From NCBI GenBank assembly GCA_964647545.1, contig CAZYHS010000006.1:4889-68888 (forward strand): a stretch of DNA of 64,000 nt, written 5' to 3'. The stretch comes from an uncultured Pseudomonadota bacterium (GTDB lineage: Bacteria; UBA10199; GCA-002796325; 1-14-0-20-49-13). The notes under the pieces are model-generated. The model was not told where the DNA came from. It saw only the letters and a list, made by a program, of their open reading frames with translations, and did no database searches. Within the stretch, counting starts at the first letter, position 1; the number at the start of each line of letters is the position of its first letter. The position numbers were made by a program, and so were the translations under genes. Of this stretch, positions 29,415-38,960 are shown piece by piece.

Positions 29415-29987
29415 ATGGACCTAAAGCACTTTCATGCAGCCAACCTTCTTACTATTTCACGACTGGTTCTTACTCCTGTTTTTCTGGGATGCTTTTTGCT
29501 CGAATGGTATTTTGCCGCGTTCGTCATTTTTATTATCGCCGCATCGACCGATCTTATAGATGGAAGCGTCGCGCGCTGGACGAAAAAACATTCCCAGCTC
29601 GGAGCGTTTCTCGATCCGTTGGCCGACAAGCTGTTAATGATCACGGTCTTTTCATGTCTTGTGTCGGTTCGCGGCATTCCGGCGTGGTTTCTGGCTCTGG
29701 TGATCCTGCGCGATTTTATGATCATGGGGGGCGTGGGAATTCTAAAGGCGATGAAGATTCGCGTGATTTATGAGCCGTTCTGGACCTCTAAACTTACAAC
29801 TCTTTCGCAAATAATGCTTGGCTTCATGTCGCTGGCCTCTTTATGGACCCCCGGATTTTCAATATGGGTCTATCCGATCATCGATTTTGCGGAAGGGAGC
29901 ATGTATCTCACTACGATCTTGATAGTTATCAGCGGTCTTCAATATCTCCACAAAGGGATCGAAATTCTGCAGGAGCATTACAACTGA
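29415..29987 (+). CDS. CDP-alcohol phosphatidyltransferase family protein (PgsA-like)
   Basis: Signature D-G-x2-AR-x8-G-x3-D-x3-D, present as DLIDGSVARWTKKHSQLGAFLDPLADK, in a polytopic membrane protein of 190 aa. Confidence 0.75.
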   Translation: MDLKHFHAANLLTISRLVLTPVFLGCFLLEWYFAAFVIFIIAASTDLIDGSVARWTKKHSQLGAFLDPLADKLLMITVFSCLVSVRGIPAWFLALVILRDFMIMGGVGILKAMKIRVIYEPFWTSKLTTLSQIMLGFMSLASLWTPGFSIWVYPIIDFAEGSMYLTTILIVISGLQYLHKGIEILQEHYN

Positions 29988-29991
29988 TTTC

Positions 29992-30696
29992 ATGCCTATC
30001 ACTTCGGTAAATTTAGGGCTTCGTTCTTATCTTGACGTTCTCTCTCTGCAAGAGAGACTTTTTAACTACAGGCTTTCTGCGCTGGAAACGGGCAAACGTG
30101 ACGAGCTTGGAGACGTTTTGCTCTTTTGCGAACACAAACCGGTGTTCACTATCGGCAGGCGCGACTGCAGCGAAGATTGGCTAAGCGACAGCAAAACAAT
30201 TGCCGATGCCGGAATTGAGGTCGTCAAGACGAACCGCGGCGGCAAAATAACTTATCATGGGCCGGGTCAGCTTGTTTGTTATTTCATTTTCGACATTAAC
30301 GGGCTTGGGCTGGGGGTTAAAGATTTTGTGTCGGCCGTCGAAGATGTCTGCCTAAAAGTTCTTGGCGGATACGGCATTAATGCCGGTAGGCATCCGGAGC
30401 ATCCCGGAATTTGGGTTGGAAACGAAAAGATCGTCGCCGTCGGATTTCACGTTTCAAAAGGAATCACCATGCACGGCATAGCTGTCAACGTTGACCCAGA
30501 CATGAAGCACTATGGTCACATTGTTCCATGCGGCATCCGCGACATGGGGGTGACATCAATCAAGGCGCACGCACACAATCGCCCCGAAATTGACGGGCTC
30601 ATCGAAACGTTTTGCAAGGAGTGCGGGGAAGTCTTTCGTCAGCCTTTGACCGGTTCCACGGAGGAGAAGGTCAGGGTATTGTCGGGTTCTTCGTAA
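29992..30696 (+). CDS. lipB: lipoyl(octanoyl) transferase LipB
   Basis: FTIGRRD ... NRGGKITYHGPGQLVCY motifs of the LipB/BPL-LPL catalytic domain. Confidence 0.85.
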   Translation: MPITSVNLGLRSYLDVLSLQERLFNYRLSALETGKRDELGDVLLFCEHKPVFTIGRRDCSEDWLSDSKTIADAGIEVVKTNRGGKITYHGPGQLVCYFIFDINGLGLGVKDFVSAVEDVCLKVLGGYGINAGRHPEHPGIWVGNEKIVAVGFHVSKGITMHGIAVNVDPDMKHYGHIVPCGIRDMGVTSIKAHAHNRPEIDGLIETFCKECGEVFRQPLTGSTEEKVRVLSGSS

Positions 30697-30839
30697 ACCT
30701 TGAGGGAGTCCATATTTGACGACTCGTCCGGAAGCGAATTTAAGTGAGCTTCCAGAGCTTCTTTGGTCAAAAGCCCCTTTGAGATCACTTTGTTTGTGAT
30801 CCTTTTATCGTACAGCATCTCTTCAACTTTCTTGCCCAT
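30639..30839 (-). CDS. small acidic hypothetical protein (66 aa) immediately downstream of the DAC gene
   Basis: ATG lies 5 bp after the DAC-gene stop, with AAGGT 9 nt upstream. The 3' end overlaps the convergent lipB by about 58 bp. There is no recognisable motif. The overlap makes this uncertain. Confidence 0.3.
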   Translation of the reverse strand: MGKKVEEMLYDKRITNKVISKGLLTKEALEAHLNSLPDESSNMDSLKVYEEPDNTLTFSSVEPVKG

Positions 30840-30844
30840 ATTTT

Positions 30845-31738
30845 TTACCTTTTCACCGGCGCCTTTTCCAGATCCATCAGGATTTTGCCGTCTTTGAATA
30901 TTTTAACATCGCCGCTCGACTCTGAGATGACAAATGCCACGGCTTTTGTCAAGGCCGTGATTCCGGCGGCCGCCATGTGTCTGGCGCCCAGCCCGCGCGG
31001 GAGGTTGGTATCGTCGCTTGCGGCCGAGAGATAACGTCCGGCCGTCAGTACAACGCCTTCGTTGCTAATAACGAAGGCCCCGTCCATAGCCGCAAATTCG
31101 CGGATGGTCTCCTTTAGCTGCGGGTTAAGGATATTGCGCTCGTCCTCTTCATATCCTTTGAATGGGTTGATTATCATTTGCCGTGAGAGCTGCAAAACAT
31201 GCTCTTCGTCACCGACCACAAATATTGTCCCGATGGGTTTGCCTTCACGCCCTTTGTCGGCCAGTTCGATAGCGAGGTTTAAAACGGCGTGGAAGACCTC
31301 GGGGTTGACGTCCTCGGTTATCTTGGTGAGGTTGCGTCCCGTGACGATCTCGGATTCTTTTGAAGTGTTGATTATCTGGATGTTGTCGAGTTCGCCGCTT
31401 TCAGCGCTACCGACGACGCAGACCGTTGTTGTTCCCGCTTCAATGTGCTCCAGCGAAAGGGCAAACATGACCGCCAGTTTTATCAAGGCGATGCGGGTAA
31501 GATTTATTTTGGGGACCGAAACTATCGCCTTGGCGCAAGCTCCGAGATCGGCGCGGTCTTCGGGGTCGAACTCGACCTTTTTCTTTTTGCTGGCAAGTAT
31601 TATATCGAATTTTTTTGGGATTCGGTCTTCGTATTTCAGGTCGTCAAGCGGGTCGATGTAGATGATTATCGACTTTGCGCCGACCTTCTCGGCCAGACTG
31701 AATGCGGATTTGATGATGAGCTTGCTTGTGGCGTTCAT
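30845..31738 (-). CDS. DisA_N (DAC) domain protein, putative diadenylate cyclase with an unrecognised ~130-aa N-terminal domain
   Basis: C-terminal DAC hallmarks MDGAFVISNEGVVLTAGRYL ... LGARHMAAAGITALTKAVAFVISESSGDVKIF (compare DGA...G.R...LGTRHRAA...ISE..G). No N-terminal TM helices, so it is not CdaA-type. Confidence 0.7.
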   Translation of the reverse strand: MNATSKLIIKSAFSLAEKVGAKSIIIYIDPLDDLKYEDRIPKKFDIILASKKKKVEFDPEDRADLGACAKAIVSVPKINLTRIALIKLAVMFALSLEHIEAGTTTVCVVGSAESGELDNIQIINTSKESEIVTGRNLTKITEDVNPEVFHAVLNLAIELADKGREGKPIGTIFVVGDEEHVLQLSRQMIINPFKGYEEDERNILNPQLKETIREFAAMDGAFVISNEGVVLTAGRYLSAASDDTNLPRGLGARHMAAAGITALTKAVAFVISESSGDVKIFKDGKILMDLEKAPVKR

Positions 31739-31815
31739 TTATTCTCCGAAAATACACAACTCATTTGCAATTATCAAACAAAATTTGTATAGTTTTTGAG
31801 GGTTTTTGAAGATTT

Positions 31816-33438
31816 TTGAAGATCGCAGCCACTATGAAAATAAAAATCATTCCCGCTCTTGCGGTATTGTTGTCGCTTCTTTCGCTTGGAAGTATCGAAT
31901 CGCCTTTCTCGGTCAGTTGGAGCTCATCCAAGACCCGTGTTGAGGCCGGTAAAGAGCATAAGACCGACGTCATCATCAGGATACCCGCCGGTTATCATCT
32001 TTATGCCGATAAGACCGAGCTTGCCTTCACATCCCTTGACGGCATCAAAATTAAAAAGGTCGGATATCCCGCCCCAGTCGACAGGGTCGATCCTTTTAGC
32101 GGCAAGGTTAACAAGGTTTATCAGACCGGAGTGATTTCTATTGAAGTTGTCTTTGACGTTCCTGAAACTTTACCAAGAGGTTCGCGCGAGCTTACGGCGG
32201 TTCTTGAGCTTCAGGGTTGTTCCGAGAAATTGTGTATGCGACCCGAAGAGTTCTTTCTTTCGTGGCCGTTGGAGGTTTCGACCAGCGAAGGTGAGATGAC
32301 CGAAGCTCGGCCGGAAAAGATCGTTGCGGGCGATTGGAGCCTAGAGTCTCTTCTTAAGATCAATGATTTTCAGCAGGTGCTTGCTCGGGGCCGGCTGGTC
32401 GTCATACTGGTTGTATTTGCGGCCGGCTTGCTCACCGGACTTACTCCGTGCGTATGGCCGATGATACCGATAACTCTTATGGTCGTCGGGGTTCACAAGC
32501 GCAGCAACGTTTTGGGGAATTTGCTGCTTTCAATGACGATTGTTTTAGGTCTGGCGGTAACGTACGCTTCGCTCGGGCTTGTCGCCTCGGTTGCAGGCGA
32601 CCAGATAGGTTTTTTATTTCAAAGCAAGATTTTCGTCGCTGTTATCGGGCTGCTTCTTGTTGCGATGGCTCTTTCAATGTTCGGTCTGTTCACGCTGAAC
32701 ATGCCGCACGGTCTTCTCGGCCTCTTTTCTAAGCTGTCGGGGCGAGGCTACAAGGGGGCTTTTCTGTCGGGGGTTGCAATGGGCTTTATGGCCACCCCTT
32801 GTGTCGGTCCGGTCTTGGGGCCGCTACTTGTGTGGGTCTCCTCACAGAAAGAATATCTTTTCGGCGCCGAGTTGCTTGCGGTCTATGCTCTTGGGATCGG
32901 GGTTTTCTACATCGTCATCGGGACTTTTTACGGAACAATATCGGGACATCTAAAAGATGTGAAGCTGGGTCTCTATGCAAAGAAGCTCCTTGGCGTTTTG
33001 CTGCTTTTGGTCGGGCTTTATTATCTTGGTTCGCTGGTTGGAATGAATGGAAACGGCTCTCTGCCGTCAGGCGATTGGAGCGCGAACGAACCGGCGGCCG
33101 TCTTGAAGGCAAGGGCCGAGGAAAAGCCTTTGCTTATCGTCTTTGGCGCAAGATGGTGTCCGCCGTGTCAGCAGCTTAAAAAAGAAATCCTCAACGATAA
33201 AAATGTGGCAGAGAGGTTGAAGGCACTGTCGTTGCTCTACGTTGACGCCTCCTACGAAACAAAAGAAATAGCTTCTGTGCTCGATAAATATGGTGTAGTC
33301 GGCCTTCCGACGGTACTCTTCGTGTCGAGTTACGGGGATGTTTGGCATGACCTTGCTTTTGTCGGGCGGGTGCCTGATAAAGTCGAGATAGTGAAAACGA
33401 TAGATGAAGCCGAGCGGCGGGCTTTGGAGAAGAGATGA
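31816..33438 (+). CDS. dsbD: thiol:disulfide interchange protein DsbD-like (N-terminal periplasmic domain, CcdA/DsbD membrane core, C-terminal thioredoxin domain)
   Basis: Signal peptide. TM core with paired Cys (LTGLTPCVWPMIP ... ATPCVGPVLG). C-terminal thioredoxin motif WCPPCQQ. Confidence 0.8.
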   Translation: MKIAATMKIKIIPALAVLLSLLSLGSIESPFSVSWSSSKTRVEAGKEHKTDVIIRIPAGYHLYADKTELAFTSLDGIKIKKVGYPAPVDRVDPFSGKVNKVYQTGVISIEVVFDVPETLPRGSRELTAVLELQGCSEKLCMRPEEFFLSWPLEVSTSEGEMTEARPEKIVAGDWSLESLLKINDFQQVLARGRLVVILVVFAAGLLTGLTPCVWPMIPITLMVVGVHKRSNVLGNLLLSMTIVLGLAVTYASLGLVASVAGDQIGFLFQSKIFVAVIGLLLVAMALSMFGLFTLNMPHGLLGLFSKLSGRGYKGAFLSGVAMGFMATPCVGPVLGPLLVWVSSQKEYLFGAELLAVYALGIGVFYIVIGTFYGTISGHLKDVKLGLYAKKLLGVLLLLVGLYYLGSLVGMNGNGSLPSGDWSANEPAAVLKARAEEKPLLIVFGARWCPPCQQLKKEILNDKNVAERLKALSLLYVDASYETKEIASVLDKYGVVGLPTVLFVSSYGDVWHDLAFVGRVPDKVEIVKTIDEAERRALEKR

Positions 33439-33439
33439 T

Positions 33440-35371
33440 ATGTCGATATTAACGAACATGGAGCGCGAGATTGTCACGGAGTTCGCTAAAACTCTTATTC
33501 CGCTTCCTTCGGAAAAACTCGGAAAGAGCGTCGAAGCGGTCGATGTCGCATCTAACGTGGACGATCATCTCAAATATTTTTCTAAAGACCTGCGGCTTTC
33601 CTTTAGAGCCTTGCTGCTACTGTTCGACTGGGGCGCCTTTTTTTATTATTTGCGTTGTAAGCCGTTTAGAAGGCTAAAGCCCGAATGGAAAAAACGCTAT
33701 CTTGAAGCGTGGCACAATTCGAGTTGGGCGCCAAAACGAGCGCTGTGGCGGTTTCTCGACGCAATAATTTACATGAATTACTACACGGACGAGGAGGTCT
33801 ATAAGGCCTGCGGCTGGACGCCGAGCTATAAAAAACGCCTCCCCGAGCCGGTTTTCCCTCATGAGAATGTCTCGATCGCTCCAAGTGATAAAGATATGAA
33901 GGTCGAGTGCGATGTTTGCGTTATCGGCAGTGGCGCCGGTGGGGCGGCGATCGCGGCAAAGCTCGCAAAGGCCGGCAGAAAAGTTGTCATATTGGAAGAG
34001 GGGGGATATTTCACCTCCGAAGATTTCGGCAGCGACGCGGTCGTGCAGACAAAGATGCTCTATCGTGACGGCGGAATGGTCAACACTTTCGGTTGGCCGG
34101 CGATCCTCGTTCCGGTCGGCAAATGTGTCGGCGGCACAACAACGATAAATTCGGGCACATGTTTTAGAACTCCGCCGGAACTTCTCGATAAGTGGGCTTT
34201 AGAGTTCGGTCTTTCAACGTGGAACGCCGAGAGAATGCGCCCGTATTTTGAAGAGGCAGAGGAGATGCTCGGCGTGGCGCCGGCGGCCGACAACGTTTTG
34301 CGCGGCAATACGCACGCTTTCATCAAAGGGATCGAAAAACTCGGTTTCAAAGGCGCGCCTCTTCTTCGAAATTCTCCCGCATGCACCGGCAGCGGCGTCT
34401 GCTGTTTCGGTTGCCCGACAAATGCCAAGCGCAGCATGAACATCAGCTACATTCCAGAGGCTCTTCGTCACGGCGCAAAGCTTTTTTGCCATTGTCAGGC
34501 GAGCCGCTTTTTGTATGAAGGGGGCCACGCCACCACGGTCATTGCGCGATTTAGGGACCCGCTCACGCGCAAGCGTCTGGCAAGTCTTGAGGTGAAGGCA
34601 AAGACCATCGTGCTTGCTTGCGGAACTTTGCATACGCCCGTGCTTTTGATGAGAAGCCATGTCCCCAACATGTCGGGACAGATCGGGCATAATCTTACGC
34701 TTCATCCGGCGGCCAAGGTCATCGGAATTTTCAAAGATGAAATTCGCGGCTGGGACGAAATCCCGCAAGGCTATTATGTCGATGCCCTCAAAAAAGAGGG
34801 GATCATGCTGGAGGGAATTTTCCTTCCGCCGTCGTACATGGCCAGCTCTTTGCTCCACACCGGAGAGAGACACCGTCAGATCATGGAGCGCTATAATAAC
34901 CTAGCAGTTTTCGGGCTCATGGTCAGCGACACCAGCAAGGGCCGCATTTTGAGGTTGCCGGGGAACAGGCCTGTCACAATTTATAATTTAAACAAAGCCG
35001 ACTTGAAGAAATTTATAAGCGGGCTTGAAGTCCTAGCACAGGCATTTTTCGCCGCCGGAGCCGAAAGCGTGCTCCTGCCGATTCACACCGCTCCCGAAAT
35101 TACACGCGAAGAGGGGGCTTGTGCGGTCAAGTGCAGAAAGATCCGTCAGAAAGATTTAGACCTCGCGGCGTTTCATCCGCTTGGCACGTGCAGAATGGGA
35201 GCAAATCCGAAAGAAGCGGTTTGCGATCCGTTCGGCAGAGTTTATGGGCTCGATAATGTGTTTATTTCGGACGGTTCGATTTTCCCGACATCGCTTGGCG
35301 TAAATCCGATGATGTCGATCATAGCCGCCGGACTTAAGATCGGCGACTACATTAATAGAGAGGTCCTATAG
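33440..35371 (+). CDS. GMC family FAD-dependent oxidoreductase with an N-terminal extension
   Basis: Start at ATG 33440, right after the dsbD stop with GGAGAAGAG upstream (the ORF track's 33404 overlaps dsbD). FAD fold CVIGSGAGGAAIAAKLAKAGRKVVILEEG. C-terminal GMC signature GTCRMG...DNVFISDGSIFPTSLGVNPMMSI. Confidence 0.8.
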   Translation: MSILTNMEREIVTEFAKTLIPLPSEKLGKSVEAVDVASNVDDHLKYFSKDLRLSFRALLLLFDWGAFFYYLRCKPFRRLKPEWKKRYLEAWHNSSWAPKRALWRFLDAIIYMNYYTDEEVYKACGWTPSYKKRLPEPVFPHENVSIAPSDKDMKVECDVCVIGSGAGGAAIAAKLAKAGRKVVILEEGGYFTSEDFGSDAVVQTKMLYRDGGMVNTFGWPAILVPVGKCVGGTTTINSGTCFRTPPELLDKWALEFGLSTWNAERMRPYFEEAEEMLGVAPAADNVLRGNTHAFIKGIEKLGFKGAPLLRNSPACTGSGVCCFGCPTNAKRSMNISYIPEALRHGAKLFCHCQASRFLYEGGHATTVIARFRDPLTRKRLASLEVKAKTIVLACGTLHTPVLLMRSHVPNMSGQIGHNLTLHPAAKVIGIFKDEIRGWDEIPQGYYVDALKKEGIMLEGIFLPPSYMASSLLHTGERHRQIMERYNNLAVFGLMVSDTSKGRILRLPGNRPVTIYNLNKADLKKFISGLEVLAQAFFAAGAESVLLPIHTAPEITREEGACAVKCRKIRQKDLDLAAFHPLGTCRMGANPKEAVCDPFGRVYGLDNVFISDGSIFPTSLGVNPMMSIIAAGLKIGDYINREVL

Positions 35372-35382
35372 CGGGCTCGCAT

Positions 35383-35448
35383 CGTCATTCCAGCGTATGC
35401 TGGAATCCATTGAATACAGATGAGATCCCAGCCTTAGCCGGGATGACA
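35383..35448. repeat. two family-B-variant hairpin units between the GMC oxidoreductase and folE
   Basis: GTCATTCCAGCGTATGCTGGAAT (35385-35407). ATCCCAGCCTTAGCCGGGATGAC (35424-35446). The second stem contains a G-U-type substitution (CCAGCC/GCCGGG). Confidence 0.5.
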
Positions 35449-35468
35449 TAGAGAAAGGTTTTTGAATT

Positions 35469-36008
35469 ATGGAAAAGCTTATCAAACAGATGCTGGTTGA
35501 ACTTGGCGAAAATCCAAACAGAGAAGGGCTGTGCAAAACTCCGGAGCGTGTGAGCGAGTCGTTGAAGTTTTTAACCTCCGGCTACGGCGAAGATCCGGCA
35601 AAGTTGATCAAGAGCTCGGTCTTCACCGACAAGTACGACGAAATGGTGATCGTAAGAGACATTCCGTTTTACAGCCTTTGCGAGCATCATCTGCTGCCGT
35701 TTTACGGTGAGGCGCATGTTGCATATCTTCCCGACGGAAAGTTGGTCGGGATTTCAAAAATCGCAAGAATGGTCGAAATTTTCGCGAGGCGCTTGCAAGT
35801 TCAGGAGCGCATGACCCAGCAGATCGCGGAGACAATCCAAAATATCCTCAAGCCCAAGGGCGTTGCTGTTGTTGTGAAGGCGCAGCATCTTTGCATGCAG
35901 ATGAGGGGGGTGCAGACTCACAAGGCTTCAATTGTTACGAGCGCTATGCTTGGCGCATTTCGTAAGCGTCAATCGACCCGCGCCGAATTTATGAATTTGA
36001 TAAAATAG
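35469..36008 (+). CDS. folE: GTP cyclohydrolase I
   Basis: LCKTPERV ... [14 protein letters not shown] ... motifs characteristic of FolE. 179 aa. Confidence 0.9.
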   Translation: MEKLIKQMLVELGENPNREGLCKTPERVSESLKFLTSGYGEDPAKLIKSSVFTDKYDEMVIVRDIPFYSLCEHHLLPFYGEAHVAYLPDGKLVGISKIARMVEIFARRLQVQERMTQQIAETIQNILKPKGVAVVVKAQHLCMQMRGVQTHKASIVTSAMLGAFRKRQSTRAEFMNLIK

Positions 36009-36034
36009 TGTGAGGCTGGAGTATGTTTAGAAAA

Positions 36035-36071
36035 TAAAAAACCCCGTGTCTTGCGACACGGGGTTAATTTT
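36035..36071. terminator. bidirectional intrinsic terminator shared by the convergent folE and csp genes
   Basis: AAAAAA CCCCGTGTC TTGC GACACGGGG TTAATTTTT: a 9-bp GC-rich stem with a 4-nt loop, a U-run on the plus strand and an A-run (U-run on the minus strand). Confidence 0.8.
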
Positions 36072-36089
36072 TGCGCGAAGTCTAAAAGC

Positions 36090-36305
36090 TTAGGCCTTCT
36101 GAACGTTCTGCGCCTGCGGACCCTTTGGCCCGTCAACCAAGTCAAAAGTTACTTCCTGACCTTCGGCCAAGGATTTGTAACCATCACCTGTGATCGACGA
36201 GTAGTGGACGAAAACGTCCGGGCCGCCTTCACGTTCGATGAAGCCGAAACCCTTTGCATCGTTGAACCACTTCACTTTACCACGCTGTCTTTGTCCTTCA
36301 CTCAC
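36090..36305 (-). CDS. cspA: cold-shock protein (CspA family)
   Basis: [30 protein letters not shown] (RNP1/RNP2 motifs). GTG start with AGGAGG 5 nt upstream. About 70 aa. Confidence 0.9.
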   Translation of the reverse strand: MSEGQRQRGKVKWFNDAKGFGFIEREGGPDVFVHYSSITGDGYKSLAEGQEVTFDLVDGPKGPQAQNVQKA

Positions 36306-36456
36306 AACTACCTCCTGTTAAACCTATATGACCTGAGTTTTCAATTACATTAACCCCGCAGATGCCCAGTGAAAGGGTCATACAGGCCAAATTCGTTTCC
36401 AAGCCTGCGGGAAAAACAATGCGGCGTGACTACTATGGCCTATAACTATTGTCAAG
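36306..36456 (-). promoter_or_regulatory. csp promoter candidate (TTGACA-17-TAGTCA, minus strand, 36428-36456) and a structured 5'-UTR of about 115 nt
   Basis: The UTR contains a long-range stem CCCGCAGGC...GCATCTGCGGGG (36355-36412). Long structured leaders are typical of cspA-type thermoregulated mRNAs. The promoter call itself is weak. Confidence 0.35.
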
Positions 36457-36775
36457 GGCTCATTTGCTGGAAGACCACTTCGCCAGATTTGACATAGCCA
36501 AGTTCTTGTCGGATTACCCATTCCAAGTGCTTAGGATTGCTTAGAAGAGCTCTATCCTCCTCAAGCTTTTTAACGGTATTTTCAAGAGATATTGCCTCTT
36601 TTCCGAGGTCTGCGAGATGATGACGGGTCTTGTGGAGCTGATATAGTCCTTGATCGCCGAATATGGCCAGCCACACAAATCCGGTCACGCCGACGGTAAA
36701 AACGACCGGCTTGAGCATTTCGCGACGCCAGATCCAGTTTCTAAATCCGGTCAATTTGTTTCTTACGAGTCCCAA
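36452..36775 (-). CDS. ftsB: septum formation initiator family protein (FtsB/DivIC-like)
   Basis: Single N-terminal TM helix (PVVFTVGVTGFVWLAIF), then a coiled coil (LENTVKKLEEDRALLSNPKHLEWVIRQELGY). 107 aa. Confidence 0.75.
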   Translation of the reverse strand: MGLVRNKLTGFRNWIWRREMLKPVVFTVGVTGFVWLAIFGDQGLYQLHKTRHHLADLGKEAISLENTVKKLEEDRALLSNPKHLEWVIRQELGYVKSGEVVFQQMSP

Positions 36776-36805
36776 CTTGAATTCCCCCGAAAAAAATCTG
36801 CAAAA

Positions 36806-37837
36806 TTAAAAAATCTCTTCGACGCCGGCGTTTTTTCTGGGCGGCATTTCAATACCGAGATGTTTATAGGCCAGTTCCGTAGCGCATCTGCCGCGTTGAG
36901 TGCGGTTTATAAAGCCGCATTGGATGAGGTACGGCTCATAGACATCTTCGATCGTCTCTTTTTCTTCGCTAATCGCCGACGATATCGTTTCGACGCCGAC
37001 CGGTCCGCCGCCGAACTTTTCGATGATCGTTGACAAAATTTTTCTGTCCATGTGGTCAAAGCCTTTGTGATCGACGTCGAGCATGAGCAGGGCTTTGTCG
37101 GCTACTTCGTCGCTGATGGTTCCGTCCGCTCTAACCTGAGCATAGTCGCGTACGCGACGCAGCATGCGGTTCGCGATTCTGGGTGTGCCGCGACAGCGGC
37201 GAGCAATTTCGAACGCCCCTTTGTCGGTGATTGAAACACCCAAAATTTGCGCCGATCTTTTTACAATTGTTGAAAGCTCTTCTGACGAATAGTAGTCGAG
37301 CCGCGCGACAACGCCAAAGCGGTCGCGAAGCGGAGAGGTCAAGAGACCGACGCGGGTCGTTGCTCCAACGAGCGTGAACTTTGGAAGGTCGAGCTTGACA
37401 GTTCTTGCCGAGGGGCCTTGCCCGATAAGCAGGTCGAGTTTGAAATCTTCCATCGCAGGGTAGAGGACCTCTTCGACCGTGCGGTTCATTCGATGAATTT
37501 CGTCGATAAAAAGCACATCGCGATTTTCAAGGTTGGTCAAAATTGCGGCGAGATCTCCCGGTCTTTCCAAGATCGGGCCGCTCGTCGAATGAATGTTTAC
37601 GCCGAGCTCATTTGCAATAATGTATGCAAGGGTGGTTTTGCCGAGTCCCGGAGGCCCGAGGAAAAGGGCGTGGTCCAAGGCTTCGCGGCGTTCGCTGGCG
37701 GCCTGAATGAAAATTTTCAAGCGCTCTTTTACCTGCGCTTGTCCGATGTATTCGTCGAGACGTTTCGGCCGAAGCGTAACGTCGAGCTGCACTTCGTCCT
37801 GAAACGGATGCGAATCTGGCTGTGATTTCTCTGTCAT
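36806..37837 (-). CDS. ruvB: Holliday junction branch migration helicase RuvB
   Basis: AAA+ Walker [15 protein letters not shown], Walker B LFIDEIHR, and a RuvB C-terminal winged helix. Confidence 0.95.
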   Translation of the reverse strand: MTEKSQPDSHPFQDEVQLDVTLRPKRLDEYIGQAQVKERLKIFIQAASERREALDHALFLGPPGLGKTTLAYIIANELGVNIHSTSGPILERPGDLAAILTNLENRDVLFIDEIHRMNRTVEEVLYPAMEDFKLDLLIGQGPSARTVKLDLPKFTLVGATTRVGLLTSPLRDRFGVVARLDYYSSEELSTIVKRSAQILGVSITDKGAFEIARRCRGTPRIANRMLRRVRDYAQVRADGTISDEVADKALLMLDVDHKGFDHMDRKILSTIIEKFGGGPVGVETISSAISEEKETIEDVYEPYLIQCGFINRTQRGRCATELAYKHLGIEMPPRKNAGVEEIF

Positions 37838-38427
37838 GAATTTATTTTAAGTTCTTTGAGCGCAACTTTTACAATCGACTGAACGTTATCAAAACCTTTC
37901 ATGCCAATCTTTGCAAGCGTTTTTTCCGCGACATTTCGTGCGTAGCCTAAATTTGTCAGCGCCGATACGGCGTCGTCAAAGAGCGGCCTGTTCGAAGATG
38001 CGGAAGGAGTGAATGCCCCCAGTTCCTTTATGAATTTATCTTTGAGGTCGAGAATGATTCGCTCGGCTGTTTTTCTTCCGATGCCCGAAATTGCGTTAAG
38101 GCTGGAGAGGTCTTCTTTAACGATCGCTTCGACAACATCGGCAGGGGCCAGTCCCGACAGGATCGACATGGCAAGTTTGGGGCCGACGCCCGAGACGTTC
38201 AAAAGCCGCGTGAAAATTTGCTTTTCCTCCTGCGTGGAAAATCCAAAGAGGGTGAGGGCGTCTTCACGAACGTGCGTGTGAATGAACATTTGCACCTCGC
38301 TACCGGTGTGGCCAACTGCCCTTAAGCTGGTTTGCGAGGCAACGACCTGATAACCGACGCCGGAGACGTCGATAATCAAGCTATCAGTTGATTTTTCAAG
38401 GACTTTTCCTCTTAGATGAGCGATCAT
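37834..38427 (-). CDS. ruvA: Holliday junction DNA helicase RuvA
   Basis: Start at internal Met [28 protein letters not shown] (the ORF track's extension to 38541 lacks homology). HhH motifs [11 protein letters not shown]. 4-bp overlap with ruvB. Confidence 0.9.
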   Translation of the reverse strand: MIAHLRGKVLEKSTDSLIIDVSGVGYQVVASQTSLRAVGHTGSEVQMFIHTHVREDALTLFGFSTQEEKQIFTRLLNVSGVGPKLAMSILSGLAPADVVEAIVKEDLSSLNAISGIGRKTAERIILDLKDKFIKELGAFTPSASSNRPLFDDAVSALTNLGYARNVAEKTLAKIGMKGFDNVQSIVKVALKELKINS

Positions 38428-38645
38428 AAAGCAACTTTTACGACGTTTATCCCGTTCTTTCAAGTGCCGAATTGAAAAATAGTGATTTTTCTTGCATTTA
38501 TTTAAAGATATCAGTAGCTCTGGGCTCCATTTTTGGGCCAAAGATGGTTAGTTTTACTCAGTTTCCGGCCAAAAATGCCCACGAAACTAAAAAATGGGGT
38601 GCAAAGCGGTAGTTAGCGAATTTTAGTGTGACATTTTTTTGATTC

Positions 38646-38662
38646 GCGAGGGTGGCGGAATG
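38646..38662 (+). pseudogene. 5' fragment of a tRNA-Leu-like gene (acceptor 5' strand plus start of the D-arm: GCGAGGG TG GCGG AATG)
   Basis: Perfectly complementary to the acceptor 3' strand CCCTCGC of the 5'-truncated tRNA-Leu at 38845-38919. The sequence after AATG diverges from tRNA structure. Confidence 0.45.
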
Positions 38663-38699
38663 TAGTTGGCAGATCCCGATGTGGTGTATTTTTTGGTGC

Positions 38700-38780
38700 G
38701 CGACGGTGGCGGAATGGCAGACGCGCTAGGCTTAGGACCTAGTGTCGAAAGATATGAGGGTTCGACTCCCTCCCGTCGCA
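38700..38780 (+). tRNA. tRNA-Leu(TAG), intact type II tRNA
   Basis: Manual fold: acceptor GCGACGG/CCGTCGC, D-arm GCGG-AATGGCAGA-CGCG, anticodon arm CTAGG-CTTAGGA-CCTAG (anticodon TAG), long variable arm, T-arm GAGGG-TTCGACT-CCCTC, discriminator A. CCA is not encoded. Confidence 0.85.
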
Positions 38781-38844
38781 CAAAAAAATATTTACCACAT
38801 CGAGGACCCTCGACGCCGCCAACATTTTTTATAGTAAAAAATGT

Positions 38845-38919
38845 GCGGACGTCGGGGCGCGCCAGACTTAGGATCTGGTGGAGAGATCCATAGGGGTTCA
38901 AGTCCCCTCCCTCGCACCA
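38845..38919 (+). pseudogene. second tRNA-Leu(TAG) copy lacking its contiguous 5' acceptor strand (3' three-quarters present with encoded CCA)
   Basis: D-arm GCGG-ACGTCGGGG-CGCG, anticodon arm CCAGA-CTTAGGA-TCTGG (anticodon TAG), variable arm TGGAGAGATCCATA, T-arm GGGG-TTCAAGT-CCCC, acceptor 3' CCCTCGC-A-CCA. The matching 5' strand GCGAGGG is found only about 200 bp upstream at 38646. Confidence 0.5.
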
Positions 38920-38960
38920 TTGAAGTTTTAATTTAACAAAAGAAAGGATTTACCAAGCAA

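Noticed and set aside
38428-38541. N-terminal 38-codon extension of the ruvA ORF
   Set aside because: The extension has no RuvA homology. The canonical RuvA N-terminus MIAHLRGKV begins at the internal Met at 38427.
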